From NCBI GenBank assembly GCA_002269645.1, contig NIVC01003080.1, positions 5,553 to 69,552 on the forward strand: a DNA stretch of 64,000 nucleotides, given 5' to 3'. A program made the translations under genes and the position numbers. The notes beneath the pieces were generated by a model. It worked only from the letters and a program-made list of their open reading frames with translations. It made no database searches and was not told where the DNA came from. Each line of letters begins with the position of its first letter. Within the stretch, counting starts at the first letter, position 1. Source of the DNA: Macrostomum lignano (lineage: Eukaryota). Below, one piece after another: positions 1 through 43,722 of this stretch.

Positions 1-445
1 AGCAATTAATTGGCAAACCACCAACTTAGTAATTTTGTAAAAAAAATTATGAAAACTCACTCCAAGCATTGTCAAAATAAGAGAAAATTTGCATGCAGTT
101 GCAATATTTGAAAGTGCCTACTCTGAACAGCGAGCGTAAACAAGCTTCCTTCAGCTTCGAAATTCGATATCTCTTGCCCCAACGAGAACAGTTTTGTCTT
201 CATTTCCTCGCAGCAATGCAGTCTCACGGTTGCTTCACTGTGCTTCACTTCACTTTGGTCAGCCATATGTTGCCTGAGACATACTTCGAGTATGTTGCTT
301 ATTTAGGGCAAACATATGTTTTCATCAATTTTATCTATGAATTTTTACATATTTTACTAATCTGGAGATCTAATTTGTAAGTCAGCATAAATTGAGCACG
401 ACATCAGACTGCCGCAATTTAGGTTAGGGTTAGAGTTAGGCCTTA

Positions 446-761
446 GGGGGTTGCAGCCTAGTGGGTAAAGCTTCGGACTTACGACTGGAAGGTTGAGGGT
501 TCGATTCTCGACCTACTCGGAACAATTTGTGTCCTTGAGCAAGACACTTCACTCTGCATTGCTTCAGTTCACCCAGCTGTAAAATGGGTGCCAGCATTAG
601 CTGGGGTAATTGAGGGTGTGTGGCGACCCCCCCCCCCCCCCCCAGTCCTTGGACTGAACAGCCGTACGCAGCCTTCAGATGCGCCGCGCAATAGCTGCGG
701 CTGAGCTGTCGTTTGCTTATCTGCTTATTCGGGAAGGTTTAATCAATTATTAGTATTATTA
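446..761 (+). mobile_element. tRNA-derived SINE
   Basis: Pol III A-box-like TGCAGCCTAGTGG (~452) and B-box GGTTCGATTC (498-507). These are followed by GTGTCCTTGAGCAAGACACTT...CACCCAGCTGTAAAATGGG, which resembles conserved SINE central domains, and a (TTA)-like tail at ~745-761. No clear TSD. Confidence 0.7.
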
Positions 762-894
762 AGGCTTACGCTAGGGTAGTTTTTAGGTTAGGCTTTCAGG
801 CTTTGAGTTACAGCCCGGAAAGAGAGAGAAACAGAAAAAAAGAGGGCAGAGGGCAGAGAAGACCTAACCTAAAGAAAACCGAAACCCTCTCCAG

Positions 895-10571
<9,677 letters not shown>

Positions 10572-10886
10572 CAGTCGGATAGGATACTACAGTTTATAAT
10601 TTTGCTAAATTATTTTAACTCCTACACGCTACTAACAGTACTTATTCAAACAAATTCTATGCGGGAAATTTTAAACTACTAACTAATACAATAAAATAAA
10701 CCGTGTTTTGAGCTTGTTAAAAAATAAGGCTTTTTATTAAAGTCCATCAAACTGTCGGTCCTATAATTAACTTTCAGCTTGGTGTACTTTAGCCGCATGT
10801 ACGAGTACACAAGTGTTTCAGCTTGAGCAACTCGCCTTCAGACTAAATAGCTCGTATGTTTTGGTTTGGTAATGAAGAGTGTGCAG

Positions 10887-11188
10887 AGGAGTGAGGTGGG
10901 TGTGTGAGTGTGGTGAGTGTAGGAGTGAGGTGGGTGTTGGAGTGAGGTGGGTGTAGGAGTGAGGTGGGTGTGGGAGTGAGGTGGGTGTGAGAGTGAGGTG
11001 GGTGCGAGAGTGAGGTGGGTGTAGGAGTGAGGTGGGTGTGGGAGTGAGGTGGGTGTGGGAGTGAGGTGGGTGCGGGAGTGAGGTGGGTGTGGGAGTGAGG
11101 TTGGGTGCGGGAGTGAGGTGGGTGCAGGAGTGAGGTGGGTGCGGGAGTGAGGTGGGTGAAGGAGTGAGGTGGGTCTAGGAGTGAGGTG
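10887..11188. repeat. 17-bp G-rich minisatellite (GGAGTGAGGTGGGTGTG)n
   Basis: Tandem units. Confidence 0.9.
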
Positions 11189-11849
11189 AATTTCGTGTGT
11201 TCTTGCTGACGAATTTGTTCATTACTGAAAAAGAATAGGACAGACTATACATGCCTTGTTTGCTTGGATAGACAAAAAATAGTTATACGAAAACATCGGG
11301 GCCTACTGACAATAGGCAATTACAAGACATTTACTTTTATTTAGGGAGTTTGCGCGGAAAAAATAACTTTTCTCTTTTCGCTGTTCGTACAAATAACAAG
11401 CTAGCTATTGAAATTTTTTACGTTATAAAATCAGTACGTCATAAATTGCAGATGCCACAGAGCGATCATAAATCACTTTGATTTTTCACGCAATTATCTG
11501 GTGTGTTAAAATTCTAAAATTGTTGCTGAAGCAACGGTTCACCAGACGACACCAGACAAGACAAAGTGAGTTGAAACAAATACGAACTTGAAACTAATTC
11601 TATGAAATTAACTTAGTCAAACATATCTGAAAATTTCCTTGTTGCCCTAATCAGAAAAACATTACAATAATTCAATGCAAAATACAAAATCTAAACAGAT
11701 CACGTTAGTGCACAAAACATAATTTTAATATATATTTGACTTGGATAGCTCTGAGTTTGTGCAGTAACCGCGAATTATTTTTTATTGTTCTGTATGTCTT
11801 GCTTTTAGTTTACTGCGTTCAACTGCGACACGGTAAGGTTTCGGGGAGT

Positions 11850-12035
11850 AGGGACATATGGGGATGAGTGGAGACAGGTAGGGACAGCTGGGGACAGGTA
11901 GGGACAGATGGGGACAGGTAGGGACAGATGGGGACAGGTGGAGACAGTTAGGGACAGGTGGGGACAGGTGGGGACAGGAGGGGACAGGTGGGGACAGGTG
12001 AGAACAGGTGGGGACAGTTGGGGACAGGTGAGGAC
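11850..12035. repeat. 10-bp repeat (GGGACAGGTG)n
   Basis: Tandem units just downstream of the TENT5 stop. Confidence 0.85.
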
Positions 12036-12189
12036 AGCCGGGCAAGCACAAGACAGACACGAACGTGGACCGGACTGCACTGAACACGGGGATGGCGAGT
12101 CGGCAACAAGCAACAATTAAACTCCTGACCGAGCCTGACCAAACGACTGCTCCCTGCTTTTGGTCAGGCCTGGAATCGGAAATGCCGGG

Positions 12190-32695
<20,506 letters not shown>

Positions 32696-34047
32696 TATGG
32701 TTGCGCCTGCTTTTCGACGGTTAAGTTTCTTCCAGATGAAATCTCGCTGTCGATTCTTGTGTTCGCCTGCTTGCAATTTACTTTAGTGTCAAATATTCAG
32801 TGGTCGATCCGCTCCCCTCAACTGAAGCTTCAGCTGTGCAATTAAATTTCAGCAGTGGTCCAATCAGGTGTGGATCGCCGGTCAAGGCCTTACAGACAGC
32901 TGAACTGGCTTCTGTATCAGTCATTGGCTTCCCGAATAGCCAACCTCTGAGCAGTTTCCAAATTTCTGGGAAGAAAACCTAGCTGGGATGCAGATTCATT
33001 TCTGAGACCTTGCTTCATTAGACTGATTAAAGTCCGCAGCACCCCAAACCAATACCTGAGAACTGCTAAAGGTATAATGCCTACGCTTATAGGGAGAAGA
33101 GATTTCTACATTGCGACTCTCTAAAAATTCCCCTTTTGATGGGAGATCAACAAACCCATATTCGGTTGCACATCCCAAATCCTTGGGATTGTCACTGTAT
33201 CGCAGTAGGTTGATTGCTGCGCGTTTCTGATCAGGATATACAGTTTCTTCATGGAGTGAAGGGTTAGAAAGAGATTCGTCTGCTTCTGATGTCATGAACA
33301 GATCGAGCATGAACCTGCCTACCCTTCAATATGCTTCAGCCTCTCTCCATTACAGTTTGCGTGTCCGGAGTTCTAAAGCTCTTTTCTTGGCACTGACTTG
33401 TTGACAAGTATTGCTAAACATTCAACAAATATGCGACAAACGCTTATTGCGACACGCAATTATGGTGCAGCATGAGTAGCAATGGCCGGATCTTCTGAGT
33501 CTTGGACTGTATCATGTACTATCCCAGGATGTCGTCTTTAACTACAGTTAATTTCAAACATTTATGAGCTGTGGTAACCGTATGTATGCAGTATGTGCCG
33601 CAATATGATACATGTACAGTATAATACTGTACAATATACATGTACAATAAATGTTTGTCAGAACATATTAATTACAAGAAAGAGCCTCAGCTGCTTCTAC
33701 CGGAATTTTTTTGGGCAAACAAAACCAGCGTTTGAGGGTTTGAGGGTCGTCTGAGGGTGTCGATCAGCGCCAATAAATTAATCAACGGGCAATCAAAGTC
33801 TAGAGAGAAACTATAAAAATATTATAACTCCATGCTGTATTGATATAATAATCATGAAGTACGCTTCATTTGCAGCAGTTCCCGTGGATTTGATTGTGCG
33901 GTTCGACTATCCGGAAATCTTGGCATTGAGTTCCCAATAATTTATAGATATTCAATAATTACTCAAGTACATGTATCATATCCTGAAACACATTGCAGGG
34001 TAATTTCCGTTGTACTTTTTAAAATGCGTCGTTAAATATTAAACTTA

Positions 34048-36991
34048 CTTACTTACTTACTTACTTACTACCGACGGGGGGCAGAGCGCCGCGAACAGGC
34101 CGCGAGGCCCCTATCGCAACCCCAAGCTAAACAGAAACAGAAAGGCGTTAGCCTTGGGGCTGCGCCCACCCCTCGCCGGCAGAAGAGCTCGCGAGAGTGG
34201 CGTCTGCGATTTTCATCCGCCCAGAATCCCGAACGAATGCACATAGATCACGGATACGGTCCGGAGTGGTGAGCTCGTCAAGCCTTAGCGGGTGACCGAG
34301 GTGACGCCTCCGCGCCTCGTTGAAGTGCGGGCAGAAAGTGACGTGGTGCGTCGAGGTTTCCTCCTCTAAATCACAGAATGGGCAGATAGGGGAGCAGCCA
34401 CTTTGCAGTGAAATATGTCTCTGGAAGAAGCCATGGCCAGTAATGACCATGCACATCTCCCTCAGGTCAGTTTTACTTAAGGAGATTAGATATTCGGATA
34501 CTTTCCGGTTAATGGCAGGCATAGCCTTTCGTGCTTGCCGGTATTCGGAGCAGCTGTCCCAGTGAGTCTGATGCTGGCGGTTCAGCCAATCTTGAATGGC
34601 GCGGTTGATTGATGACTTCGGAGAAGGTAACTTGACTGAGCGTTGCGCTCCATCAGGGGTGCAACCCCGCTTGGCAAGCTGATCCACAAGCTCGTTGCCG
34701 AGGATGTTGCTATGACCTGGTGTCCAGATAACATTGATCCTGTTGAGAATCGCTAGGGTCTGCAAGCTTTTGAGGCAGTCTGAGACTGACTTGGTTGAGA
34801 GCTTGATAGAAGACAAGGCCTTAATAGCGGCCTGGCTGTCAGAGTAAAAATAAATGTCAAAGCTGCTGATGCCAGCTTTGTGCAAATGCTCAGCGCACTG
34901 GTTGATAGCTAAAACTTCGGATTGAAAAACCGAGACATTCTCACCAAGATGAAGACTCTCTTGTAAGATCGCTTCACCCTTGTGGAAAATGGCAATGCCT
35001 GCACCAGCGAGACCGTCACGCAGGGATCCGTCAGTGAAGCAGTGAATACCCTGGCTTCTCCGGTTGATGCCCACGTCCAGCGGGTGACTCCCTCTCGGTG
35101 GAAGAGTACACTTGAAGGCCCTCCTGAGGATGAGAGTGGGGGATCTGCAGTCCACCTCGTCTAAATTGAGGTGGATGCGTTGAAGATCGCGACGGATATA
35201 GTCCAGATGTGGGAAAAGAGTCTTCTCAGGCATGAAGCCCGAGGGCGTGTTAGCAATAAATTTATCACAGATGAGACGCGCGGCGCCCTTCATCGCCTCA
35301 GCTCTAATGAACAAATGCAGCGGAGGCATGCTGAGGATGGTGTTGAGCCCCTCGTAAGGGGTGGATGGATACGCACCGGTGATGGCTCGGCAGATGTTAC
35401 CCTGCAGCTGGTACAACCGGTCCCGTACAGTCTTCAACTCCAACGCACTGGACCAGATAACACACGCGTAGGTGATACTGGGCCGAACGATGCCGGTGTA
35501 AATCCATCTGACCGTCTTGGGAGAAAGACCCCAAGTAGGCCCGATGGCTCTCCTCACCTGCGCAAAGCAGCGCCTGGCGCGCCCGATGACATTGTCAGCG
35601 TGCTTGGTCCAACGCAGATCGTGGGTGAGCGTCACACCTAGATACTTAGTTTCCTTGACTAAGGGTATGTCCTTACCGTAGATGGTGAGGTTCCGCATAC
35701 TCCACTTCCGCTTCCTGGTGAAGATAATGGACACCGTCTTAGCGGTGCTAATGGTTAGGCCGTGCCGGGTAGCCCAGGCTTGCGCCTTATCGGCGAACTG
35801 CTGCATTAAGCTTCGGAGGGTACTGGTGTCAGGGCCACTGACAATAGCAGCGACATCATCAGCGTAGCCAGCCTTGACTATGCTGCTGGGGACGTCAGCC
35901 GTCAGGAGCTCGTCCATCACGAGATTCCAGAGCAGCGGGGTGAGCACTCCACCTTGGGCTCCGCCCTTAGTAACCGTGTGAGTGCAGGTGGCATCCATGA
36001 GGGAGGAAGTCACCTTCCTGTTCCGGATCATAAAGTCGATCCAACGCACAATGCTGGGTCGGACCTTTTTCTGCAAAAGGGAGTCACTGAAGGAGCCAAA
36101 CAAAACGTTATTGAAGGCCCCGTCAATATCGCAGAAAAGCCCACAGGCAATCTGCTTACTCAGGATAGCTTTCTCAATGGCTGAGGTAATAACATGCAAA
36201 GCGTGAAGCCAGTCCAGTCCGCCCTTTTTAAATTGGGACGGTTCGCCTTGGTGACGCGAGCGCCGCCAGCTGTGACGCTGAAATGGATGTAGAAATGGTC
36301 CGAGAGCGAGGGGATGTCGTCTCTGACCCTCCAATTTTGAATCCGATTAAGGATGCTACTGGACGTAAGGGTGAGATCAATGACCTCTTTCCTGCTAGCA
36401 TTCGCAAAGGTGGGTTTACGCCCCAAGTTGCAAATATGCAAATTCGAGGTGTTAATGAAATCAATAAGCATACTACCTCTGAGGTTAGTGTTACTGCTAG
36501 CCCACGCAGTGTTGTGAGCATTAGCGTCGCAACCAATAATGAGGTTCCGGTTCTCGATGATACAAAAGTTTGCGAGATCCTGCAGGAGGGGTGACGGAAG
36601 TTCATCCTGAATGTCCATGTACACGGATGAGAAAATCATCCCGTTCACGGTGAAGGTACAGATGTCTTTATTGCAAAACATCGGCATGAGCATGGCTGCG
36701 AGCTCGTACTTGACCAGAGCAATGGCCCTAGGGGTTTCCCCTCCAGAGAGGAAGAGGATCTGGTAGCCTTTCGGCAGCAGGGTGGGCTTACCTCTCACGG
36801 TGTAAGGCTCCTGGATGAGGTAGATGTCAACACCGGTGCCATCGAGGGTGTCGGTGAGGCTGCTGGAGGCTGCGACCGCGTGGTGCAGATTAATCTGCAC
36901 GATGTGCAGGTTAGGATCACTGTTTTGCGTGAGTGTGGTTAAATCATCATTGGACCCACCCGCCGGGTTGGTCCTCAGACGGTCACGCCTC
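34048..36991 (-). mobile_element. 5'-truncated, internally deleted non-LTR retrotransposon (R1/LOA-type: APE-RT-RNase H)
   Basis: APE: QINLHH, LIQEPY, GCDANAH, PTF, IDLTL, SDH. RT: [28 protein letters not shown]. RNase H: FTDGS, QSEVLAI, SDSQAA, PGH..GNE..D. C-terminal CPFC..H..C knuckle. (TAAG)n tail at ~34048-34070. TSD AATATTAAACTTA at 34035-34047 and 37008-37020. Confidence 0.92.
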
Positions 36992-39900
36992 AAGTTAATA
37001 TTAAGTTAATATTAAACTTAACATTTTACTCGTATTAATTGAAATATCTTTCGAGGTTCGCAAAACGTAAATTTCTTGTCATTACAGTCGTTTTTTCCTG
37101 TCCGCATGATGTCTACCACAAAAACCGCGATCAAGTTCTCGCTGCTGCTGATCCACGCATGCATCAACGCGCCATGTATGCATCAATACGTGCCTTAAGC
37201 TTCTGTAATTCTTGTATACTAGACCATTGACCGGATCAGCTTATTTGCCTCTCTGGCCAAATCGGCCGGACTTGGCATACTAGCCATGCAGCTAGCTACT
37301 GCATGTAATAACCGTAGTACATGTGCTGTAGATGCAACAAGGACTACTGAAGTAGATACTACTCAAGTAGAAGCCTACTAGGTCTCTCTACTTGAGTAAG
37401 TAATCCTTGGTATATAATTGTAGGTAATTGCAACAGCAAAGCAAAACGACCAATATCACAGTCGGACGACCACATGCAATCCGTTATTATATTGTTTGTC
37501 TCTCAAATGTCAAAATTTAATAGCGAAATAGGGCCAGATACTTAAGAGTGCTGACTAAACTCTAATAATCGATCGTAAGCATTTTTTCAGTTGCGTTGCG
37601 ATAGTGCAAAATCGCTGATCGCTGATCGATATCAAACCGAGGCCACGATTTGACATCGATTTTGACTTTGACATCCGGTTTCAAAGATATAATCGTGCTT
37701 AAAGCACAACTGAAATATTCAGATAGGCAAAAGTATTATCCTGAGATTATTTTGAGGTTGTTGCATTGTAGATAGCTTGCCTAGAGGTGGACGCCAAGAA
37801 TATTTTTTTACTGATCGTAATGCATACATTAGCGCGCGAATTTGAATAATCAGAACTTTACGCCACGCGCTCGATCGATCGGCGATCGCTTTATTTATTA
37901 TGTATTTATGCTATGCAGTATAGTGCCCATTTAGCATGTTTAGTAGAATTTGGCGACTTGTTATAAAAAACAGGCTGCAATATATGTAATCCTATTACAT
38001 TATATAAGAAAATAAATATAACATTAGGCCTATATATCACAATAGTCAATATTATGTTAATATGTAATTAGTAGAAATATTATGCTTGAAATATCTGATG
38101 TATCCTAGGCCTATTATCCTATAAATAATCTTTTAAGTCTAGTTTGGCCCTATTTAATATTAGGCCCTAATAGCAAAAGTAAATCATTGCCATTATAGAA
38201 ATAAAGGCCTAATTTAGACTTTAGTTTGATTACCTATCAATACTACCATGCAGCAAGCAAGTTTGTCAACAACAAGACAGACTTGCTAAAAATTTTATTC
38301 CTTAACGCAATGAGCATAAATTTCTATAATTCAATGAGCAAAATATTGCCAAAGACTTCAACAAGACTTCATGAGTGTACATTCTAAATGCTATTGTGTT
38401 GTGCATAGGGGCCAGTGTTGGGCACAGGTCCGATACTCTGATAGTATTGCCGATACCATTTGAGTATCGGAGTATCGGACCTTGTTACTTTTTTCTCAGT
38501 ATTGGACCTTGGTATTGCCAATACATTTTCGTAAGTCTAATAACTGATATATTTAATCAAACTAATAGTAATAAATTTGACTAAAAAGCCTAGAAAGTAT
38601 TAAAGAAAGTAACAGGAAGTAAAGAAAGGACGTTCTCCATGCAAAGCATACTCCACTGTCCAATTCGACCCTCATGAGGCTGGTACTTCTCCGGGGCAAC
38701 CAGCATATCCCATTTGAGCCGCTCTGAATTGAATTCTAAAATGATATTAGCTATCAAGCAAGTAGGTTCCTGTTAAATTGTCATAAATTTAATTTAATGA
38801 AAGTCAAATAACATTTTTTCTAATCAATGAGTTGGCATTTTTAAATATCATGCACATTATTATTTTTGTATCATCTATCATGTAGTCTTTTCATCTTAAT
38901 GTACTATGTAGGTGCAAATGCTAATATAAATATAATGAAAATTCATAACAATATTTTGCCCATTTAATCTTCTTCTTTGGTCAGCCACATCTCACTAGAG
39001 TCTTTAATGTCTAAAAATTAAGTAGCTAAGAGCTTTTTCTTCATTTTTGGCTTGATAGATGCAAAAAAGTGAGAAAAATGCAAAAATGATGTATCGGACC
39101 AACAAATATTGAATGTTGGTTGACTAAAGTGAAACAGAGTTTCAGCAGCTTAGACCATAGACTGTTTAAGGAGAAGTGGCGTTCATCAAAAGTGAAAGGG
39201 AGTTTCGCCTAGATCTGGATGCACGTTTCCTTACTTGCCTATATAAATAGATAGAAGTGTAGCACTACAAAGCTTAGCTGTTGATACTGAAACGGAGTTT
39301 GTTGATAGTGAATATAGATTTGGGGCTCCAGTCTAAAAGTGTCTAAACTGAAGTTCCGACTGTCTAAAGTGAAATGGAGTTTGTTCAAAAGCAAGGGTAA
39401 AATGGTGTATATTCTACTTAGTTGATTATCTAGATGCAAGTATATCAAGAGCTAGTCTATTGGGTGTTTGTGTGCTATGTATGCTTTATTGCACTTTACT
39501 GCATCTTTAGAGTGAAGCAGGTCACTTTAATTCAATTTTTATTCCAAGTTTGTTTATCTCCTTAACTATTAACAAAGGTTTTATTTGAGTATAACTTCAG
39601 ATTTCAATGTGTGCGAAAATAATTTTGGGGATTTATTGCAATTCAGTCGATTCAAAATCTGCAGGTTTTAACAGGTTGTAAAAAATAATAGGCCTATATA
39701 TCAAATAAAAACTATTCAACTTTGTTATCTTAATATATATCTTCTCAATAGGATTTTGTATTTCAATTTTTAGCATATACTCGTAGTAAAAATATACTAA
39801 CTGGTCAATAGCATATTATGCTCTTTATGCTCTATATAATTATGCTCTATATAAGGGCATGCTTGATACAGTTTTCTAACCTATTGAATAGGCAGTTTCA

Positions 39901-40899
39901 ACCCACTTTGGTAAAAGAATTTTTGGTGAAAGTCAATAATGGCAAAAAATACTTTTGCAATGACCATTTTGTTTAAAGCTGACCATTTCAGCAAAAGATT
40001 TGTTCCAAGCTTTGCTAAAGTTTTTTTAGAAGAAAGTTAAAAAGAAAAATGACAAACCTTATAAAGACTTATTTTATTGTGACATGTTTTTGTTTTGTCA
40101 CAGTTTAATTTAGTTGTTTTATTAGATGCCCTTCCATTTTAGCAGGATTTCAAAGTACAATTTTAGGAACTAGAAATCTGAAAAACCACACTGTCATCAT
40201 CCTTAATCTATCAACTGCATATCAATAGATTGCATGTACATAACATAGCTACAAGCTAAGTCATGAGTTTTTAAATTTTTAACTGCAAATAATTTGCAGC
40301 AATGAACAATTTATTAAAAGTTTCTATCACCAAAGTGGTATATTTGCACTACGTGGTACTCGTATATATGTAGCTCATCTTTTTGCTGAACTGGTCACTT
40401 TCTTTTGCCAAAATATATATCTATTTAAACTAAAGATTCACTTTGCTAAAGCATCTTTTACCAAAATTCCTTTGCCAAAATTGGCTACACCTGCATAGCC
40501 CTAGGCAATGACTTTAACTAGCTGACCATATCGTCTAGTCAAAGGCTGCTGCTCAAGCTGCAGGGACTATACAGGTAAGGCCAAGGCAAATGTCCTTTCT
40601 TCTATTCTCAACCCCTCTTCCTTTTCCTTTTTTTCCTCTTTTTTTGCCCCTTTTCTATTCTCTCTCCCCTCTTTATTCCCCTCTTCTTTCTCTTCTCTCC
40701 CCTCTTCTTTTCTTTTTTAACTACTTTCTCTTTTTATTCTCTCTTTTTTTCTCCTTTCTGAAGCTATTACTCTAGATTGGCCATTGCCTACCTATTCTTT
40801 ATGGCTAAAGTGCAAGCTTTAGCCTTTGCACTTGCTTAGAACCTAAGCATCCAGAAGAGTTGGGTGATGGCCAATGCTTTTGGGCTCTGGTTTATAGCC

Positions 40900-43130
40900 T
40901 TCATCCACAATTTGATCATTAGAAGCAAGTCCAAAGTGAAGTTTGATAGTTGGTTATACTGTTTTATGAGATTTAAAGTCACCTACTTGAGGACCCTCTT
41001 GCCATTAACATTTCTATATCGAATGCAACATGCTATACATCCTAAACCTAGTTATAAGAGCAGGGGTAGTTATCAGGAAATAGACTTGACCAAAATTTTT
41101 CTAGCTGCTTCTTAGCCTTGAGCTTGACTAGGCACATAATTTGAACATTGGATATTTCAAGGTGCAGATCCTCAGTCCAATCCATTGGAATTACAGTCAA
41201 TAGTTTATTTGCAATGCATAACACTGTGTCATTGAAATTGAATTGATTGAACAGTAGATACTGTGGATCAACAAACTTAAGACCCCAAAGCAAATTATTG
41301 CAGTGGCAATTAGCTAAAAAATTGAGTGGCCAATTTGATATAGAATCTTTGATCACTTTCAAAGAATGCCAATTGATTCTTTGGAGACAAAGTTTCTATC
41401 AGTTTCTGCATCAAAGTGCTAATAATAAGCTCATCATTTGGCAATTGACTTATGATTGACAATATCACCTTGAACAAAACATCAGTTTTTGACCTAAGAA
41501 TATGAACTTAAGTTGCTTCACTCTGAAAAAGCTTTTCAAAAGCCTCGCAACATGATGGAGCTTGTTCTAAAAACAAAAGGCTAGTGTGTTCACTTGTAGT
41601 TAGGGATTGACCGTGATCATGATCACAATCACAAAACTGTAATTACAAAAAAATCATACAGTTTTTTGCCAATCACAATTATGAGTTTCCTAAATTAAAC
41701 CTTATTTAAAGCATTTAAAGCACAACCAGAGCAAACCAGTTGCAACAAATCAGTGTAGATGTAACAAAGCCATATAATAAAATATGTTCAAACAGTAAAC
41801 ATGATAAAACAAAGCTTTAAAATCAATAAAATTATTCGACTTTGTAGTATTAATATTAATAATCCTGTGTTTAAGTTAAAATGTATGTTATAAAAAATTC
41901 ATTGTCACAAATTGAATTGCAAATTGAATCAAATTGCATTGGTTTTACGCATAGTGTAGTTCTAATCACATACAAAAAAATCAGTTGACCCCTACTTGTG
42001 GTTATATGCTGCTGTATATGCCAAGCTTTTGGACTAGTCAAGTTGTTCAAATTGTTGAAAAGGGTTAAAAGTACCTCCTATTGCTCTAGAATGCAACTGA
42101 TCATTAGGAGGACTTGAAGCCACCAAGTTTCAAAATGGCGAAAGAATGCCTTCTTCTTGGCTTTTATGTCTTCCTAAAGCTGAAATTTAATGCAGGGTTA
42201 GTTAGATATAGGTCATGCAATGTTTATAGTTATTAGTACTAAGTGCAATTAATATGCAATTACCTTATTGAGCAAAATGCACCTCAATTCATTGCAAAAA
42301 GTTATAGACATTGTCAAGTAGCTCTTCAGTCTTGCCGGCATTGTCAAAGGCTTTCAACTGCATACTGTTGTGTATATAGTGCAGGCTGTAGCCACCAACA
42401 TCCACAAGATTTAGCATGCTTTCTCTGAACTTTACAATTAGGCCATTATTATTGCCAAAAAAATTAGTGCATGTACATGCACAAATACATGCAGTTATGA
42501 ATGTGGATCTAGAATTTATATTCATGAGTCCTTGATTTGCCTTACCTCGCATTGTATTGCATGAGTCTGTCATTAGAGAAATGATGCCTTCAAATGGCAA
42601 TTTAGAGCAATGGAGCATTGTCTATATGACAGACTTCATGCCTTCAGTAGTAGTGTCCGTCAACTCCTCAACTAAAAAGAAAGAGCAACTGCACTTTCTC
42701 CAGTGATGAGTTGAATGACCAAGCTAGCACAACAAACCATGATTAGTTACACTTTGTTCCTTCATCTAGCAGGATTGAGAATGGTGCATTTTTGAATAGC
42801 TGCTAGTATTTCTTGCTTTGTGTAAGGAGCAATGGCTTCATTGATGATAAAAGTGGTCTTAGTTCTAGCATAGGAAAACAATTTAGCAACTTTGCTGTCA
42901 CCAAAGGCAACTGGGATGAGATTGGACACCTCATCCATGACATAGAAGGCTTGGTCCTTTTTCACCACTAGTGCAAAGAAATGCATGCTTGCTTCTACTG
43001 ATTTGGTGCTGACTTTATTGCAGCTTCTCAGACTGTTCAGTGGACTTGGATTTGAAAAATCTAGTGCAGTTTCTAAAAAAGCACAGTGCACTGAAATAGT
43101 GCACCAGCAGTCACACTTAAGTTTTAACTT
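40900..43130 (-). pseudogene. Decayed hAT-like transposase
   Basis: Fragments AFGDSKVAKLFSYARTKTTFIINEAIAPY, LMTDSCNTMRG, GYSLHYIHN (CxxH-equivalent), WPLN..L..LKFVDP, LEKFWSSL, with many stops and shifts. No TIRs identified. Confidence 0.55.
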
Positions 43131-43722
43131 AACTTAAGACTTAACTTAAGTCTTAAATTAAGAGCTCCCTTTGGATAGAGAATAGGGGGAACTACCCAAC
43201 AATGTCCTCATTATAGCTAAAATGCTGTGCAAGATGATAACAAACTAGTACACCAACTAGTGGAATAGTAACTATTGAAGTTTTGCTAAAGAGTAAAATA
43301 TTAACAAATTGTAATATACAATATATAGGCTAGTCCATCCTACTCTTTATCCTTATCCCAAATCCTTACTACCCAACAAACAATTTTATAAAGAGAAAAC
43401 TTTCTGTTTGCTTAGCAGAAAAACTGCTGAACTGTCAGCAATTAAAAAAAACTGGCACCTATTGTAATAATGAATGACTATGCATTTAGATTCAATTAGA
43501 GGTTTTGTTAAAGGTGCTAAACATGACTATAAAGTATTAGATTGGTTTGGTACATGCATTGACTAACTGCATATTTTTGCTAATTTTTTTGCTAGTAAGC
43601 AAGCACGCAAGCAAGCACAAACCTTAAAGATTTAGTATATTAGATATAACAACTAATGTAATCAAATGGTCATTCCATACTACTATAACCATTATGTAAA
43701 AAATACATCTTTGTCCTTGCAG

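Noticed and set aside
446-520. tRNA gene
   Set aside because: A and B boxes are present, but the sequence runs into a SINE body and no acceptor stem is evident.
32996-33530. 104-aa minus-strand ORF and a THAP-like CTIIACRN snippet upstream of TENT5
   Set aside because: No recognisable domain or consistent exon chain.
38640-38735. Possible isolated minus-strand exon (RLKWDMLVAPEKYQPHEGRIGQW)
   Set aside because: AG/GT boundaries are plausible, but I could not link it to any gene model.
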